From: a candidate division WOR-3 bacterium
GTDB lineage: Bacteria; Hydrothermota; Hydrothermia; JBDRYB01
Reading direction: 5' to 3'
Assembly: GCA_039803205.1 (NCBI GenBank)
Contig: JBDRYB010000001.1
Location: 171,413-235,412 of the forward strand
Length of the DNA: 64,000 nt
Under the pieces are notes generated by a model. That model did not search any database. It saw only the letters and a program-made list of their open reading frames with translations, and had not been told where the DNA came from. Positions 19,678 to 29,535 of this stretch are shown piece by piece. How positions within the stretch are numbered: position 1 is the first letter of the stretch; each line of letters opens with the position of its first letter. Position numbers and translations under genes: made by a program.

Positions 19678-21701
19678 TTTCTCACCACCTTTGTTGAGAG
19701 CAATCCTCTGCCGCCAAGTTTTAACTCCACGATGTAGAGGCCAGCTGGCGCTCTTGAAAGATCAACCGAAACAGAATTGAGTCCGGGCTTTGTTATGGCT
19801 GATTCGCGGCACACGAGCCTTCCGTCAACTGAGTATGCTTTGAGATCCGCGGGAATGCCGCCGCAGGAGACAAATTCAATCCGGAAGATGTTCCTGGTTG
19901 GGGTTGGCCCCACGGATATGATCCTCGTGGCGATGCGATCCGAAGCGCCCTCGTCTATCCCGATGTGGACGATATGCTCGTCTATGATCCAGTTCTCGGG
20001 GTCAAACTGAAGCGTGGTAGGCTTGCCGGGGAGGGTAATTGAGAAGCCCTGGACATCAAGGCTATCCCAAAGGATGACCGTCGTATCAAGGGTGCCGTCC
20101 CTGAACCTCATGGGGACCGGCATCTTGAATGTCGGAACCCCGTAATCGTGGGACTGGGTCTGTTTTATGAGGACGCCGACCTGCCACATCCCTCCTCCTA
20201 TTGAATCCGCTTCCCAACCCACATCGTATTTAGGGTGCCCTGGCCTGTATAGCCACTCGTCAAAAAACCAGCCCAGGCTGAGGCCAGTGAAAGCCTGGTA
20301 TTCCTGGGTGAAGTCCCTCGTGAGCGCGTAGCTCTCAGCGTGGTTGTTCTTATAGTATCTCAAAGCGGCCCAGAAAGCGAGGGTGTCCCCTCCGAGCAGG
20401 TATTCCGTTATCTTCTTGAGGGAGTGAAGGACGCAACCTGCCTTGTCGTATGTCTCAACCGAGAACAGCTCCTCAAGGCTCTGGCCGGGGTTGTATATGG
20501 GAATAGGGGGCCATGTGTAGTATTGGAGGTAGATCCTCATTCTAACCGAATCAATCCAGTATTGATACATGTTAGGCCCCCAATACCAACCCCACCAGAC
20601 AGCCTCAGAGAAGGTGGCAAAGCCCTCGTTCAGCCATATGTCTGGCCATGTGCCGCATGTCACATAGTCCCCCCACCAGTGGTGGGAGAGCTCGTGGGCC
20701 TGGACCCAAATCGTTCTCAGCGAGTCCCCGTATATGCCGAACCCGGTGAATGTATTTGTCTGGTTCTCCATAGCTCCTCCGAGCTCGTCTATCTGGACCT
20801 GGGAGTATTTCTGATCCATGAAGGGATAAACCCCGTAGAGGGCCGAATAGCCCTCCATTGCCCTTGGAAGGAGCTTGTAGTCCAGCTCCGCGGCCGCTGA
20901 ATCAGCGTGGGATACATAGTGAACGATGGGAAGGGTATCGCCGGCCCAGATGAATGTATCCCGAATGGTAGCGTAATCGTAAGCGGCAAAGACTATGAGA
21001 TATGTGGCTATCTGGCGGTCATTGACCCATCTGTATGTCCACCATGTGAAGTTCTGGACTGAGTCCACGAGAACCCCGTTTGCCACAACACGCCAGCCCG
21101 CTGGAACAGTCGCAGTTATCTCAGACCTCGCCTTCTCGGAAGGAACATCAACGCAAGGAAACCAGTGCCTAGCTCCCCAGGGCTCATCATCAACATAGCA
21201 TATCGTATCCCCTATTGTGAGGCCGCCGGAGGAGATTATGCCCTCAGGATGAGTCGGGGGGCCGTGGTAAAAGACCGATGCCGTGTCTATCCTGCCAGGG
21301 GATGGGTTCGGTATAACGATGTTCAGGATCCTCCCGGTGTCGGAGCCTGAGAGGGACCAAATAGCCGGAGCGCCATCCAGAAGAACCGAATCCACAACAA
21401 GTCCGAGGTTTGGCGTCGCGCTCATTGAATCAACGAAGTTTAGCCTAAGGAAAACGGAATCCTCGGTTATCTGGAACTCCACATCACACCTGGCGTTCAT
21501 TATGCTATCGCCAACCGTGTCTATGGTCAAGTTTATGCTGTATTTGAGGATATCCCAGGGCAAGTCTGGCGGCAGGGTGTCAAGCTCCATTATGCCGAAG
21601 CGCTCCCTAAGGCGCAGTTTCTCATCCATGGCCCGGATCTCGTCTAGGCTTGGGATCCCATCAGGCCATCCGAGCGCAAAGAACAAAATAGCGTTCATCA
21701 T
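19674..21701 (-). CDS. M1 family zinc aminopeptidase with T9SS-type CTD
   Basis: GGAMEN, HELSH-x18-E (WLNEGFAT), YDKAG; CTD YSVDGRLV...PAGLYIV. ATG 21701 lies 6 nt after TATAAT. Confidence 0.92.
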   Translation of the reverse strand: MMNAILFFALGWPDGIPSLDEIRAMDEKLRLRERFGIMELDTLPPDLPWDILKYSINLTIDTVGDSIMNARCDVEFQITEDSVFLRLNFVDSMSATPNLGLVVDSVLLDGAPAIWSLSGSDTGRILNIVIPNPSPGRIDTASVFYHGPPTHPEGIISSGGLTIGDTICYVDDEPWGARHWFPCVDVPSEKARSEITATVPAGWRVVANGVLVDSVQNFTWWTYRWVNDRQIATYLIVFAAYDYATIRDTFIWAGDTLPIVHYVSHADSAAAELDYKLLPRAMEGYSALYGVYPFMDQKYSQVQIDELGGAMENQTNTFTGFGIYGDSLRTIWVQAHELSHHWWGDYVTCGTWPDIWLNEGFATFSEAVWWGWYWGPNMYQYWIDSVRMRIYLQYYTWPPIPIYNPGQSLEELFSVETYDKAGCVLHSLKKITEYLLGGDTLAFWAALRYYKNNHAESYALTRDFTQEYQAFTGLSLGWFFDEWLYRPGHPKYDVGWEADSIGGGMWQVGVLIKQTQSHDYGVPTFKMPVPMRFRDGTLDTTVILWDSLDVQGFSITLPGKPTTLQFDPENWIIDEHIVHIGIDEGASDRIATRIISVGPTPTRNIFRIEFVSCGGIPADLKAYSVDGRLVCRESAITKPGLNSVSVDLSRAPAGLYIVELKLGGRGLLSTKVVRK

Positions 21702-21824
21702 GGGCAAATTATAAATCCAGAGGGAGCTGGATTAAAAGCTTTTGGGGGTGGCCAACCCCGCAACCGGATGAAAAAATGGTGTAAAATGGCTCAAAAAACT
21801 GATCTCCCGCGGATCGTGCGTTCA

Positions 21825-22039
21825 AAGTCCTTGCCGGAAAAGGATTTATGCCATTCAGGCTCCGGATGGGGCATTTTGCGCTTTCTAATTCTAAAGTCCT
21901 TATCAGATAAGGACTTAGGTCATCTAGGTTCAGAATTTTCAGTCCGGCCGTGGAAGCCTGTTTTTCCGGCCCGGGAAAGGCAATATTGGCCAATCAGAAA
22001 CGGATACCGATCGCCGAAGTCCTTGATACACAAGGATTT
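21825..22039. repeat. Three 23-bp palindromes AAGTCCTT-N7-AAGGAYTT
   Basis: Copies at 21825-21847, 21894-21916 and 22017-22039. Confidence 0.8.
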
Positions 22040-22081
22040 AGATGTGTATGGCTCTTTCCAAGGCCAGGCCTTGATTACAGC

Positions 22082-22111
22082 TTGACACAGCCCCGCGTCC
22101 CGCTCTATGCT
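22082..22111 (+). promoter_or_regulatory. Sigma70-type promoter of hup
   Basis: TTGACA-18-TATGCT; AGGAGGT SD before ATG 22194. Confidence 0.6.
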
Positions 22112-22193
22112 TTTCGGTATGAACATAGGCTTTGATAGTTTGGGGGAAAGAGGAGCCTCTCCCACAAAAACAAACCATAAGGAGGTTAAATAG

Positions 22194-22469
22194 ATGAACA
22201 AGCAGCAGCTCATAAACACCATAGCCTCAAAGGCAGGCATAACAAAGAAGGATGCAGGAAGGGCGCTTGACGCGTTCATAAACGCTGTCAAGGAAACCCT
22301 GAAGAAGGGTGAGGAGATAAGGCTCGTTGGATTCGGCACCTTCCAGGTGCGCAAGAGGGCCGCTAGGCCTGGCAGGAACCCGCAGACCAAGAAACCCATC
22401 CAGATACCCGCTAAGAAGGTTCCGGCCTTCAGGGCGAGCTCAGAGCTCAAGAAGATCGTCAACAAGTAA
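22194..22469 (+). CDS. hup: HU family DNA-binding protein
   Basis: MNKQQLI...[19 protein letters not shown]...IPAKKVPAF. Confidence 0.97.
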   Translation: MNKQQLINTIASKAGITKKDAGRALDAFINAVKETLKKGEEIRLVGFGTFQVRKRAARPGRNPQTKKPIQIPAKKVPAFRASSELKKIVNK

Positions 22470-22507
22470 AAAGGGGTTGGTGGGGCTCCTCTCCCCCTTT
22501 TGAAAAC

Positions 22508-22532
22508 AAGCCGGGCTTTAGCCCGGCTTTTT
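22508..22532 (+). terminator. Intrinsic terminator after hup
   Basis: AAGCCGGGCT-TT-AGCCCGGCTT followed by further T residues. Confidence 0.85.
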
Positions 22533-22575
22533 CATTAATGGGCCGGGGTGATATGGTGATATTATAATATCAACC

Positions 22576-23925
22576 GTGCGCAACGCCCTGATCTTTTTGG
22601 CCTTCCTTCTCTTCAGGCTCATCCTTTCTGTCCCAGCCCTCAAGGAGCCATCCATTAGCCTCCGGATAAACCCGGACGCGGATCACTATCATGCCCTGGG
22701 CCTCAACATGGCGAGAAACAGCTCCTTCAGCAGGGCCCCTTCGCCTCCATATGTGCCAGATGGGCTAAGGACCCCTCTTTACCCCACGCTAATAGGGATC
22801 TCTGATAAGATCACAGGGGATCCGATAAGGCCCGTTGTTTTTCTCCAGGCAATCCTCTGGGCCTTGATGGGTATGGGTATAATGATTTTCGCGGAGAAAA
22901 AATTCGGGTTTGCCTCTGGGCTCACATCAGGGCTTCTGCTCATAACCAGCCCGCTTAGCCTGAAATACGGCCCCAGCATCATGTCGGAGAACCTTTTCAC
23001 GCCCGCTCTGGTCGCGGGAGCGATGGTCTTTCTCCGTGCCAGGGAAAGCGGCTCGCTAAGGCTTTTCGCCTTATCCGGACTCATCTTTGGTCTCTCGGCC
23101 TTGGTGAGGCCCTCCTCGCTACCCCTTGGATTACTTCTGGCGCTTTTGGTGGGGCGGCCTTTCCCGAAAAAAGGCCTAGCTTTTCTGGGTTTGTGGGTTG
23201 CTCCGATTGGTATGTGGGTAATTAGGAACTGGCTCACCTTTGGTTTCCCCTTCTTCTCAACGGTCTTCTTTCTCAACATCATAGCGCAGAACGCTCCAAG
23301 GGTGATTGCCGTGGCCGAGGGGATCTCCCTCAAGGAGGCTGAAATGAGGGTCGCAGAGGACCTCCGCGAGAGATACCGCGCTGATGAGTCCTGGTTCTAC
23401 GATCCGGTTCGCCTCCGCACCATGCTTCCATACGGCCTGGAGGTAATAAAGGAGCACCCGAAGGAATACCTCTTGCTACACGCGAAGGGCACTGCCCTGT
23501 GCTTTCTCCCCCTGGATCCCGGTTCCCTCGGGATTACCCTGGGGTTCTGGGAGGCCTCACCCGTTGACCCGTTTGAGCTCATAAACCAAGCGATGATAAG
23601 GCCAGCCGAGGCGCTCAGGACAGCGAGGGAATCCTTTGAGAAATTCGGTCCCCTTGGGCTCACCCTCTTTGTCTTCATAATCTTACACACGCTCACCCTG
23701 TATGGCCTTGCAACAGCAGGCGCAATAAGATTGAGAGGAGAATTTGCCGCTGTGGCCCTCTCTCTGATCACGGTTGGTGCCTTGGTTTTCATGACAGGGC
23801 CTTTGGGCTCCCCTCGTTTCCGCTTGCCAGCCGAACCTTTTCTAGCGCTCCTTGCTGGCCGAGCCCTTCTGAGCCGAAAACCCTCTTTGGGTTGCAAGCG
23901 ATCCCATAAACAGCTTAAAATTTAA
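22576..23925 (+). CDS. ArnT/PMT-like (GT-C) membrane glycosyltransferase
   Basis: DADHY, RTPLYP, MSENLF, LVRP, W..RNW, PRFR; similar to 4376-5752. Confidence 0.75.
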   Translation: MRNALIFLAFLLFRLILSVPALKEPSISLRINPDADHYHALGLNMARNSSFSRAPSPPYVPDGLRTPLYPTLIGISDKITGDPIRPVVFLQAILWALMGMGIMIFAEKKFGFASGLTSGLLLITSPLSLKYGPSIMSENLFTPALVAGAMVFLRARESGSLRLFALSGLIFGLSALVRPSSLPLGLLLALLVGRPFPKKGLAFLGLWVAPIGMWVIRNWLTFGFPFFSTVFFLNIIAQNAPRVIAVAEGISLKEAEMRVAEDLRERYRADESWFYDPVRLRTMLPYGLEVIKEHPKEYLLLHAKGTALCFLPLDPGSLGITLGFWEASPVDPFELINQAMIRPAEALRTARESFEKFGPLGLTLFVFIILHTLTLYGLATAGAIRLRGEFAAVALSLITVGALVFMTGPLGSPRFRLPAEPFLALLAGRALLSRKPSLGCKRSHKQLKI

Positions 23926-23927
23926 GC

Positions 23928-25895
23928 ATGGAGATACTTCTGAGCCTGTTGGCCTTTGAGAGCATACATCACGCGCAGATGGCCGAACACGAAGCCTTGC
24001 CATACATACCACCAACCCAAACCATTCCACTGTCCGGAAAGCATCAGGTTGACAGGACGGTCTACGGGTTCTATCCGTATTGGATGGGGACCGCTTATCG
24101 GAGCCTTGACTACGATCTCCTCTCGCACATAGCCTGGTTCGCTGTTTCCGTGAACTCAACTGGAAACATAGGCACATGGAACAACTGGCCTGGAGGATGG
24201 GCAGAGCTCGTTGATAGCGCGCACGCCCATGGGATCAGGCTTCACATGACCGCAACCTGCTTTGATCCTGATGTAATAAGGAGCATAATAACGAGCTACA
24301 AGGCTTACTGCTCCCATGTCCTGGTTGAGGCCGCGCTTTCCGGCGGCGCTGATGGCATAAACATAGACTTTGAATTCCCATACTCCTCGGATTCCCTTCT
24401 ATTTCTGGATTTCATCAGAATACTCTCGGATTCCTGTAGGGCGAGAGGGCTTGAGCTTTGCCTTTGTGTTGGCGCGGTTAACTGGAACGGGAGGTTCCTG
24501 GTTGACCGGCTCGCCCCCCTCCTTGACGGGATATTCATAATGGGCTACGGATACTTTTGGTCAGGCTCCCCAACAACCGGGCCCGTCTCTCCACTCACAG
24601 GCTACACCTATAATGTGACGAACTCAATAACCTACTATGTCAACTACGCTGGCGGCCCTGAGAAGATAATAATAGGATTGCCTTACTACGGCTACAAATG
24701 GAAGGCAAATGGCCCGGACCCAGGGGATTCAACCCTTGCAACCGGGACTGCTATGACATACGCCAACGCGGCGGATGAGTCCGAGACATACGGCCTTCTC
24801 TGGCACTCCTATTCCCAGACCCCGTGGTATAGATACTACACAACCGCCTGGTATCAGACATGGTTTGACAACGATTCCTCTCTGGACCTCAAGTATGACC
24901 TTGCTATAGAAAGAGGGCTTCAGGGGGTTGGGATATGGGCACTTGGCTACGATGGGGATAGGCCGGAGCTCTGGGAGGAGCTGGAGGAGCACTTCTTCGT
25001 GGCTCGGATAAACGCGAGGGTGGGGCCTGATTCCTGCCTAATAACATGCTCAGTTGATCCCTCGGATTCGGTTGTCTGGCAGGGGAAGGTCGGCCCAGGG
25101 CCCTCCGAGGTCACCGTGAGGAGGCGAGCCACATACGATATAGCGTTTCAATCAAGCCCAAGATACAACTCAGCCTTTGCGGAAAACATAGCTGTGAGGA
25201 GGGACACAGCCATAGGAGAGATAACGCTTTCCGCCAGGGACACCGAGTATGTCATAGACGATCTCGATCCCGAGTGCTTTTTCTCAGGCGCATGGAGGCC
25301 ATCTGAATACATATCAGGCTACTGGGGGCTGGGATACAGGTGGGCAAAGGGGGGAGCGCCGGCCAGCGTCCTCTTCATCCCGGAGGCTATAACCCATGGG
25401 GTCTATCGGGTCTTTCTGAGATACACATCCGCGCCCAACAGGGCCGAAGATGTTCCGGTCAGGGTTCAGTATGCCGGCGGGGACACCGTTATCACGGTTG
25501 ATCAGACATCTGGCGGCGGAGATTGGTTTTATCTTGGAGAATTTGAACTCGCGCCGGGCAGTTATGTCCAGGTGAGCAACGCCTTCTCCGATACAACAAA
25601 GGTGGTTATCGCTGATGCTGTGTGTTTCAGTAGGGCTGGCGCTGGCACGGTTGACGCTGGCGAGGAGGCCCCGTTCTCCGCGGCATACGACCCGAAAACC
25701 AGGGCCTTTTTAGCGCAAAGCCCATTACCAGCGGCTCTCTCGCTCTACGATGTCTCAGGGAGGCTGATAAGACAAGAGGGGTTCTCGGGAAAGCTCGTTT
25801 TGGGCATGGGGGATCTTCCAAAAGGGATATATTTCGCCTGGATGAGGGCTCATCAGCCCGAGCGCTCTCTCGTGCTCAAGTGCGTGGTGCGGTAG
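23928..25895 (+). CDS. Secreted GH18 glycoside hydrolase with golvesin-like beta-sandwich and T9SS-type CTD
   Basis: DGINIDFE, IMGYGY, KIIIGLPYYG, GVGIWALGYD; DQTSGGGDW..LG...VIADAV; LYDVSGRLI...LPKGIYF. Confidence 0.88.
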   Translation: MEILLSLLAFESIHHAQMAEHEALPYIPPTQTIPLSGKHQVDRTVYGFYPYWMGTAYRSLDYDLLSHIAWFAVSVNSTGNIGTWNNWPGGWAELVDSAHAHGIRLHMTATCFDPDVIRSIITSYKAYCSHVLVEAALSGGADGINIDFEFPYSSDSLLFLDFIRILSDSCRARGLELCLCVGAVNWNGRFLVDRLAPLLDGIFIMGYGYFWSGSPTTGPVSPLTGYTYNVTNSITYYVNYAGGPEKIIIGLPYYGYKWKANGPDPGDSTLATGTAMTYANAADESETYGLLWHSYSQTPWYRYYTTAWYQTWFDNDSSLDLKYDLAIERGLQGVGIWALGYDGDRPELWEELEEHFFVARINARVGPDSCLITCSVDPSDSVVWQGKVGPGPSEVTVRRRATYDIAFQSSPRYNSAFAENIAVRRDTAIGEITLSARDTEYVIDDLDPECFFSGAWRPSEYISGYWGLGYRWAKGGAPASVLFIPEAITHGVYRVFLRYTSAPNRAEDVPVRVQYAGGDTVITVDQTSGGGDWFYLGEFELAPGSYVQVSNAFSDTTKVVIADAVCFSRAGAGTVDAGEEAPFSAAYDPKTRAFLAQSPLPAALSLYDVSGRLIRQEGFSGKLVLGMGDLPKGIYFAWMRAHQPERSLVLKCVVR

Positions 25896-25957
25896 GGGAG
25901 ATCATTGCCCCAGTCCCTTGAGTGAAACGCGATGCCATTCTGGTTTATCCTTATGCG

Positions 25958-26947
25958 GTGGATAACTCCCAGCTCAAAAAGGTCAAGCGCGGGGTCCAAG
26001 TAGCCCTCGTAGTCTTCGGCTTGGTCGCCATAGGGGTCCTCTATCTCACGGTTGACCCAAAGTTGACCCTGGAAGCCCTGCGGAGTTCAAGGCCAATTGG
26101 GCTTTTGGTCGCGGCTGGGCTCTGGACCGCGTGGTTCCTGACTGATGGGCTGAGGACCCGCTACCTGGCGAAGACCCTGGGCCAGCGCCTGCCGTATTCA
26201 ACTGCTTTGGACATGATCTCCGCTGGCATGTTCCTCGCGGTAGTGACCCCGTTTCAGGTCTCTGGCCTGCCCTATCAGCTTTGGATATTCAAGCAGGACG
26301 GCGATATAGACCCTGGCCCAGGCACCGCGCTCATAGTTCTCAGGGGGCTTCTCATATACCTCTTTGTCTTCAGCACAGCGCCTTTCGCGCTCTGGGTTTT
26401 TGGGATAAAGGAGCAGTCCGGATTCTTCAAGGCGGTTCTCATCTACTTCCTGGTCATAGCCTCGGTCTTCTTCTTGGTGTTTCTTCTCTCGCTCATTAAT
26501 CCGGAGGCTCTGCCGAGGGTTATAAGATGGAAAAGGGCGCAGAAGCCGATCGCTGGTTTCGTTGGGCAAATGAAGGAGATGCGGAGGGCAATAGGCACCT
26601 TCTTCACAGCAAAGAGGCCTGGCCCCCTCCTTGCGACCATAGGCTTATCAATACTCTGCCTGCTATTTTTCTGGTCAACCGTGCCCGCAGTCCTCTGGTC
26701 TCTCGGCCTCAGCTTTGATCCGCTAAAAGCGTTTCTCCTACAGGCGCTTTTACAGGGCGCTTTGCTCTACTCGCCCACGCCCGGCGCGGCAGGAATAGCA
26801 GAGGGCGCCGGAGCGGCTGTCTTCTCGTCGCTTTGTCCAAAGCACCTTCTCGGTGTCTTTATCGTTCTCTGGCGGTTTTTCACGGTCTACATGACCGCTA
26901 TAGTCGGCGGGTTCTTCTTCTTCAGGAGAGCTGGGAGGATGAGGTGA
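25958..26947 (+). CDS. Lysylphosphatidylglycerol synthase TM / flippase-like protein
   Basis: Multi-TM; VTPFQVSGLP, PTPGAAGIAE, LWRFFTVY. GTG 25958 lies 6 nt after TATCCT (ORF track start 25922). Confidence 0.8.
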   Translation: MDNSQLKKVKRGVQVALVVFGLVAIGVLYLTVDPKLTLEALRSSRPIGLLVAAGLWTAWFLTDGLRTRYLAKTLGQRLPYSTALDMISAGMFLAVVTPFQVSGLPYQLWIFKQDGDIDPGPGTALIVLRGLLIYLFVFSTAPFALWVFGIKEQSGFFKAVLIYFLVIASVFFLVFLLSLINPEALPRVIRWKRAQKPIAGFVGQMKEMRRAIGTFFTAKRPGPLLATIGLSILCLLFFWSTVPAVLWSLGLSFDPLKAFLLQALLQGALLYSPTPGAAGIAEGAGAAVFSSLCPKHLLGVFIVLWRFFTVYMTAIVGGFFFFRRAGRMR

Positions 26948-27023
26948 GGCTACTATGGAAAACGGAGATTTGAGCCCATTTTCTGCACGAAAGAGTCTCA
27001 ATAAGAGAAATGTGTGGCATGGG

Positions 27024-27395
27024 AGCTCCTCACTCCACAAGGACTTCCTGGTTTTTCAAACGGATCGCGAGACCTGTTTCTACCCGGAAATTTCTTATCT
27101 TTTCGGCCTATGAAATCAGCACTCAGAGGGAGTTTCAGATTCATGCAGGATCTGGGTTGAACCCGTGACCCCACTAGGCCATTAACCCGCACCACATCAC
27201 CGATAACCTAATCCTACTGGTATATTTCCCCCCTGTTTTGGCCATAGCTTGGCCGAAAACCGGCATTTTTGGCCTCCGGAACCAAAAACCATCAATCCAG
27301 ATCTTCCCGATAAAATCAGAGAATTCCACATTTTAGCTCAGCTAAGTTCTTGGGCCATAGGAACTTGCACCGAACTCCTTGCCGGACAAGGACTT
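27024..27395. repeat. Further copies of the 8-7-8 palindrome
   Basis: AAGTTCTT-N7-AGGAACTT at 27344-27366, AACTCCTT-N7-AAGGACTT at 27373-27395, degenerate AGCTCCTC-N7-AAGGACTT at 27024-27046. Confidence 0.65.
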
Positions 27396-27484
27396 AGAAG
27401 GGGTTGAAAGGGGGGCGGGTGAGGGTTGGGTGAGATTAAACGTGAGCTCTATACTATGCACATGAACGAAAAAGGGAGAAGCTC

Positions 27485-29299
27485 ATGAGGGCTTTATCAG
27501 GGGCCTTAAATATTATAGCTCAAGCCATGGCCCAGGCACGAGATATAGGAAGGAGAGTTTGGAAGGTCTTGGAGTCTCTCATTAGGAAGATTAGGGGTCC
27601 AAAGAACGGAGAAAAGAATGAGGGTGAAAAGGTTGAGGCTACAAAGAACGGGGAAAAGAATGAGGGTGAAAAGGTTGAGGCTACAAAGAACGGGGAAAAG
27701 AATGAGGGTGAAGATATTAAACGCTTTCCTCTTTATCCAGTCTACTTTGGGAGGGACAGCGTGTATTTCTTTCAGTATTTCCTCGCCGATGCCAAAGATA
27801 GTCTGGACATAATGACATACAGTGTGACTCCTGAAGCGGTAAGAGAAGTTTTTGCAAAAATTGGTCAGGGACTCCGGATTAGAATGATTGCAAATAGGTT
27901 CTCCAACTATGGTGAGATCAGAAGATTTTTTGAGGAGGAGAAGAAATGTAATTTTGAGTGCAGAAGATGGTCTCGGTGTCACGCAAAAATGATTATTAAG
28001 GACCGCAAAGCCGTGCTTCTGGGATCATCAAACCTTACAGTAGGGTCTGTCTCATCCAGGGGTTACAATTTCGAAGCTGATGTAATCCTCGAAGAAAATA
28101 GGGATATAAGCATAGTTTTTGACGCTGTATGGGATAATGTTCTTGATAAATTAAGCGATAGGTTGCCCCAAGGATTGGGAAATGTGCTTTTGAGTTGTAA
28201 TAAATTCGGGATACCAGAAAGGTTGATGAAACATATAGAGACTTGCGAGAAGATGATAATAGCAGTTCCAGCACTCATGATTGATAGGAAGGTATTCGGA
28301 GCCGTGAGGGAATTGAACGAGAAAGCAGATATTAAGTATTATTTGACTTGGCCATCTAGAGCATCCAGGGAAAATATAAAAATTCTACATAAGATAATGG
28401 AGGATAGCACGAAGAGCCTAAAACCACGAGGTAGAAAAATATGTGAGCTTGAGCGCAAGAGCAGGAATATTCATGCTAAAATATACATATTTGACGAAAA
28501 TATCGCTTTAATTTCCTCAGTTAACATGAGTCTTGCCTCATGGACTGAGAATTTTGAGAGTGGAGTTTTAATAGAGGATCCTGAAATTATTAAAGGACTC
28601 ATTGAAGAACTGGATAAGTTACCTCGAAGATATGAGGATAATATTACTGTCGATGAAGGCGGTGGTAATGGTGGAGGTGGCCCAGAAGACGAGCAACCTG
28701 AAAGTGTTAGCATCTATTTTGAACCAGAGGGCAAGAAGTATATCCCAGATATTGACAGACTCTTTGAAAAATACCAGCAAGATGTGGGCTCCACTAGAGA
28801 AGAATCCCCTGAAGGTGAAACGAGTCGCCAACCTGAAAAGGGAGGGAAGAAGAAGCAGGACAAGAAAATTCAATCAAGTGAAGAAAAAAGCAAATCCCCG
28901 GGCAAATCCGATGGGATTATCAATGAAAATAATAAATCTAATAAATCGAAAGAAAATAATAAATCGAAACAGGAAGGCAATAAGATAGAAACAGGAGGGG
29001 GTGGATCAGAGTCAAATGGGGAAAGATGTACCAATGGGGCAGATGAAGAAAAGCCTATGCGGAGGAGAAGTAGAAGAAGGTATAAGCCGTCCATTAAACT
29101 CACAGAAGGAACCGGTAAAGTAACAGTTATAGTGGGAGAGGAACATAAACACCCCAGATCCATTGACTGGATAGATGAGTTCTGTAAGTCTAAAAATAAG
29201 GATGTAATCATCCGTTTCAGACGTAAAAGTCAAAATGTCAAGCGACAAGTAAGAGTGGCTAAAAGGGCATTATTGAAACGATTGGAGAAAGCATTCTGA
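27485..29299 (+). CDS. Phospholipase D superfamily protein with two HKD motifs (possible nuclease)
   Basis: HAKMIIKD...GSSNLT...NFE and HAKIYIFD...SSVNMS...NFE; low-complexity tail; visibly AT-rich relative to flanks. Confidence 0.85.
   Translation: MRALSGALNIIAQAMAQARDIGRRVWKVLESLIRKIRGPKNGEKNEGEKVEATKNGEKNEGEKVEATKNGEKNEGEDIKRFPLYPVYFGRDSVYFFQYFLADAKDSLDIMTYSVTPEAVREVFAKIGQGLRIRMIANRFSNYGEIRRFFEEEKKCNFECRRWSRCHAKMIIKDRKAVLLGSSNLTVGSVSSRGYNFEADVILEENRDISIVFDAVWDNVLDKLSDRLPQGLGNVLLSCNKFGIPERLMKHIETCEKMIIAVPALMIDRKVFGAVRELNEKADIKYYLTWPSRASRENIKILHKIMEDSTKSLKPRGRKICELERKSRNIHAKIYIFDENIALISSVNMSLASWTENFESGVLIEDPEIIKGLIEELDKLPRRYEDNITVDEGGGNGGGGPEDEQPESVSIYFEPEGKKYIPDIDRLFEKYQQDVGSTREESPEGETSRQPEKGGKKKQDKKIQSSEEKSKSPGKSDGIINENNKSNKSKENNKSKQEGNKIETGGGGSESNGERCTNGADEEKPMRRRSRRRYKPSIKLTEGTGKVTVIVGEEHKHPRSIDWIDEFCKSKNKDVIIRFRRKSQNVKRQVRVAKRALLKRLEKAF
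27601..27712 (+). repeat. In-frame 42-bp tandem repeat (about 2.7 copies)
   Basis: Encodes KNGEKNEGEKVEAT repeats. Confidence 0.9.
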
Positions 29300-29456
29300 A
29301 ATCCTCTGCCAGGTTTCTATGAGGTCATAAAAATTTTCTAACCCCAGAACCAGGTTTTCATCCATGATAGCCTTGCCTATCCTCCTCGCAATCGTTCAAA
29401 ACAAATCAGTGGACTCGGCAAAGTTGATCGTCCGCGCGAAATCCATTATAATATTC

Positions 29457-29510
29457 GCATCCTCACGGGTGCGCCTACCCGCATAACCCATGAGGATGGC
29501 AACTAGGCGG
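29457..29510 (+). ncRNA. Candidate small structured RNA (unassigned)
   Basis: TTGATC-17-TATAAT (29424-29452) leads into hairpin CATCCTCA...TGAGGATG, whose loop CGCCTA matches downstream TAGGCG. Confidence 0.35.
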
Positions 29511-29535
29511 TAAGGCTTGGCGACTTTCCTTGTTC

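Noticed and set aside
21709..22135. Short ORFs in the M1 peptidase-hup intergenic region
   Set aside because: Several mutually overlapping frames with no recognisable motifs; the region holds promoters and palindromes.
27601..27712. CRISPR array (also considered the 51-bp and 156-bp repeats)
   Set aside because: The repeats are contiguous, in-frame coding repeats without unique spacers, and no cas genes are present.
29440..29530. HDV-like ribozyme or guanidine-III riboswitch
   Set aside because: Only fragmentary resemblance; the required pairings and a downstream regulated gene were not found.
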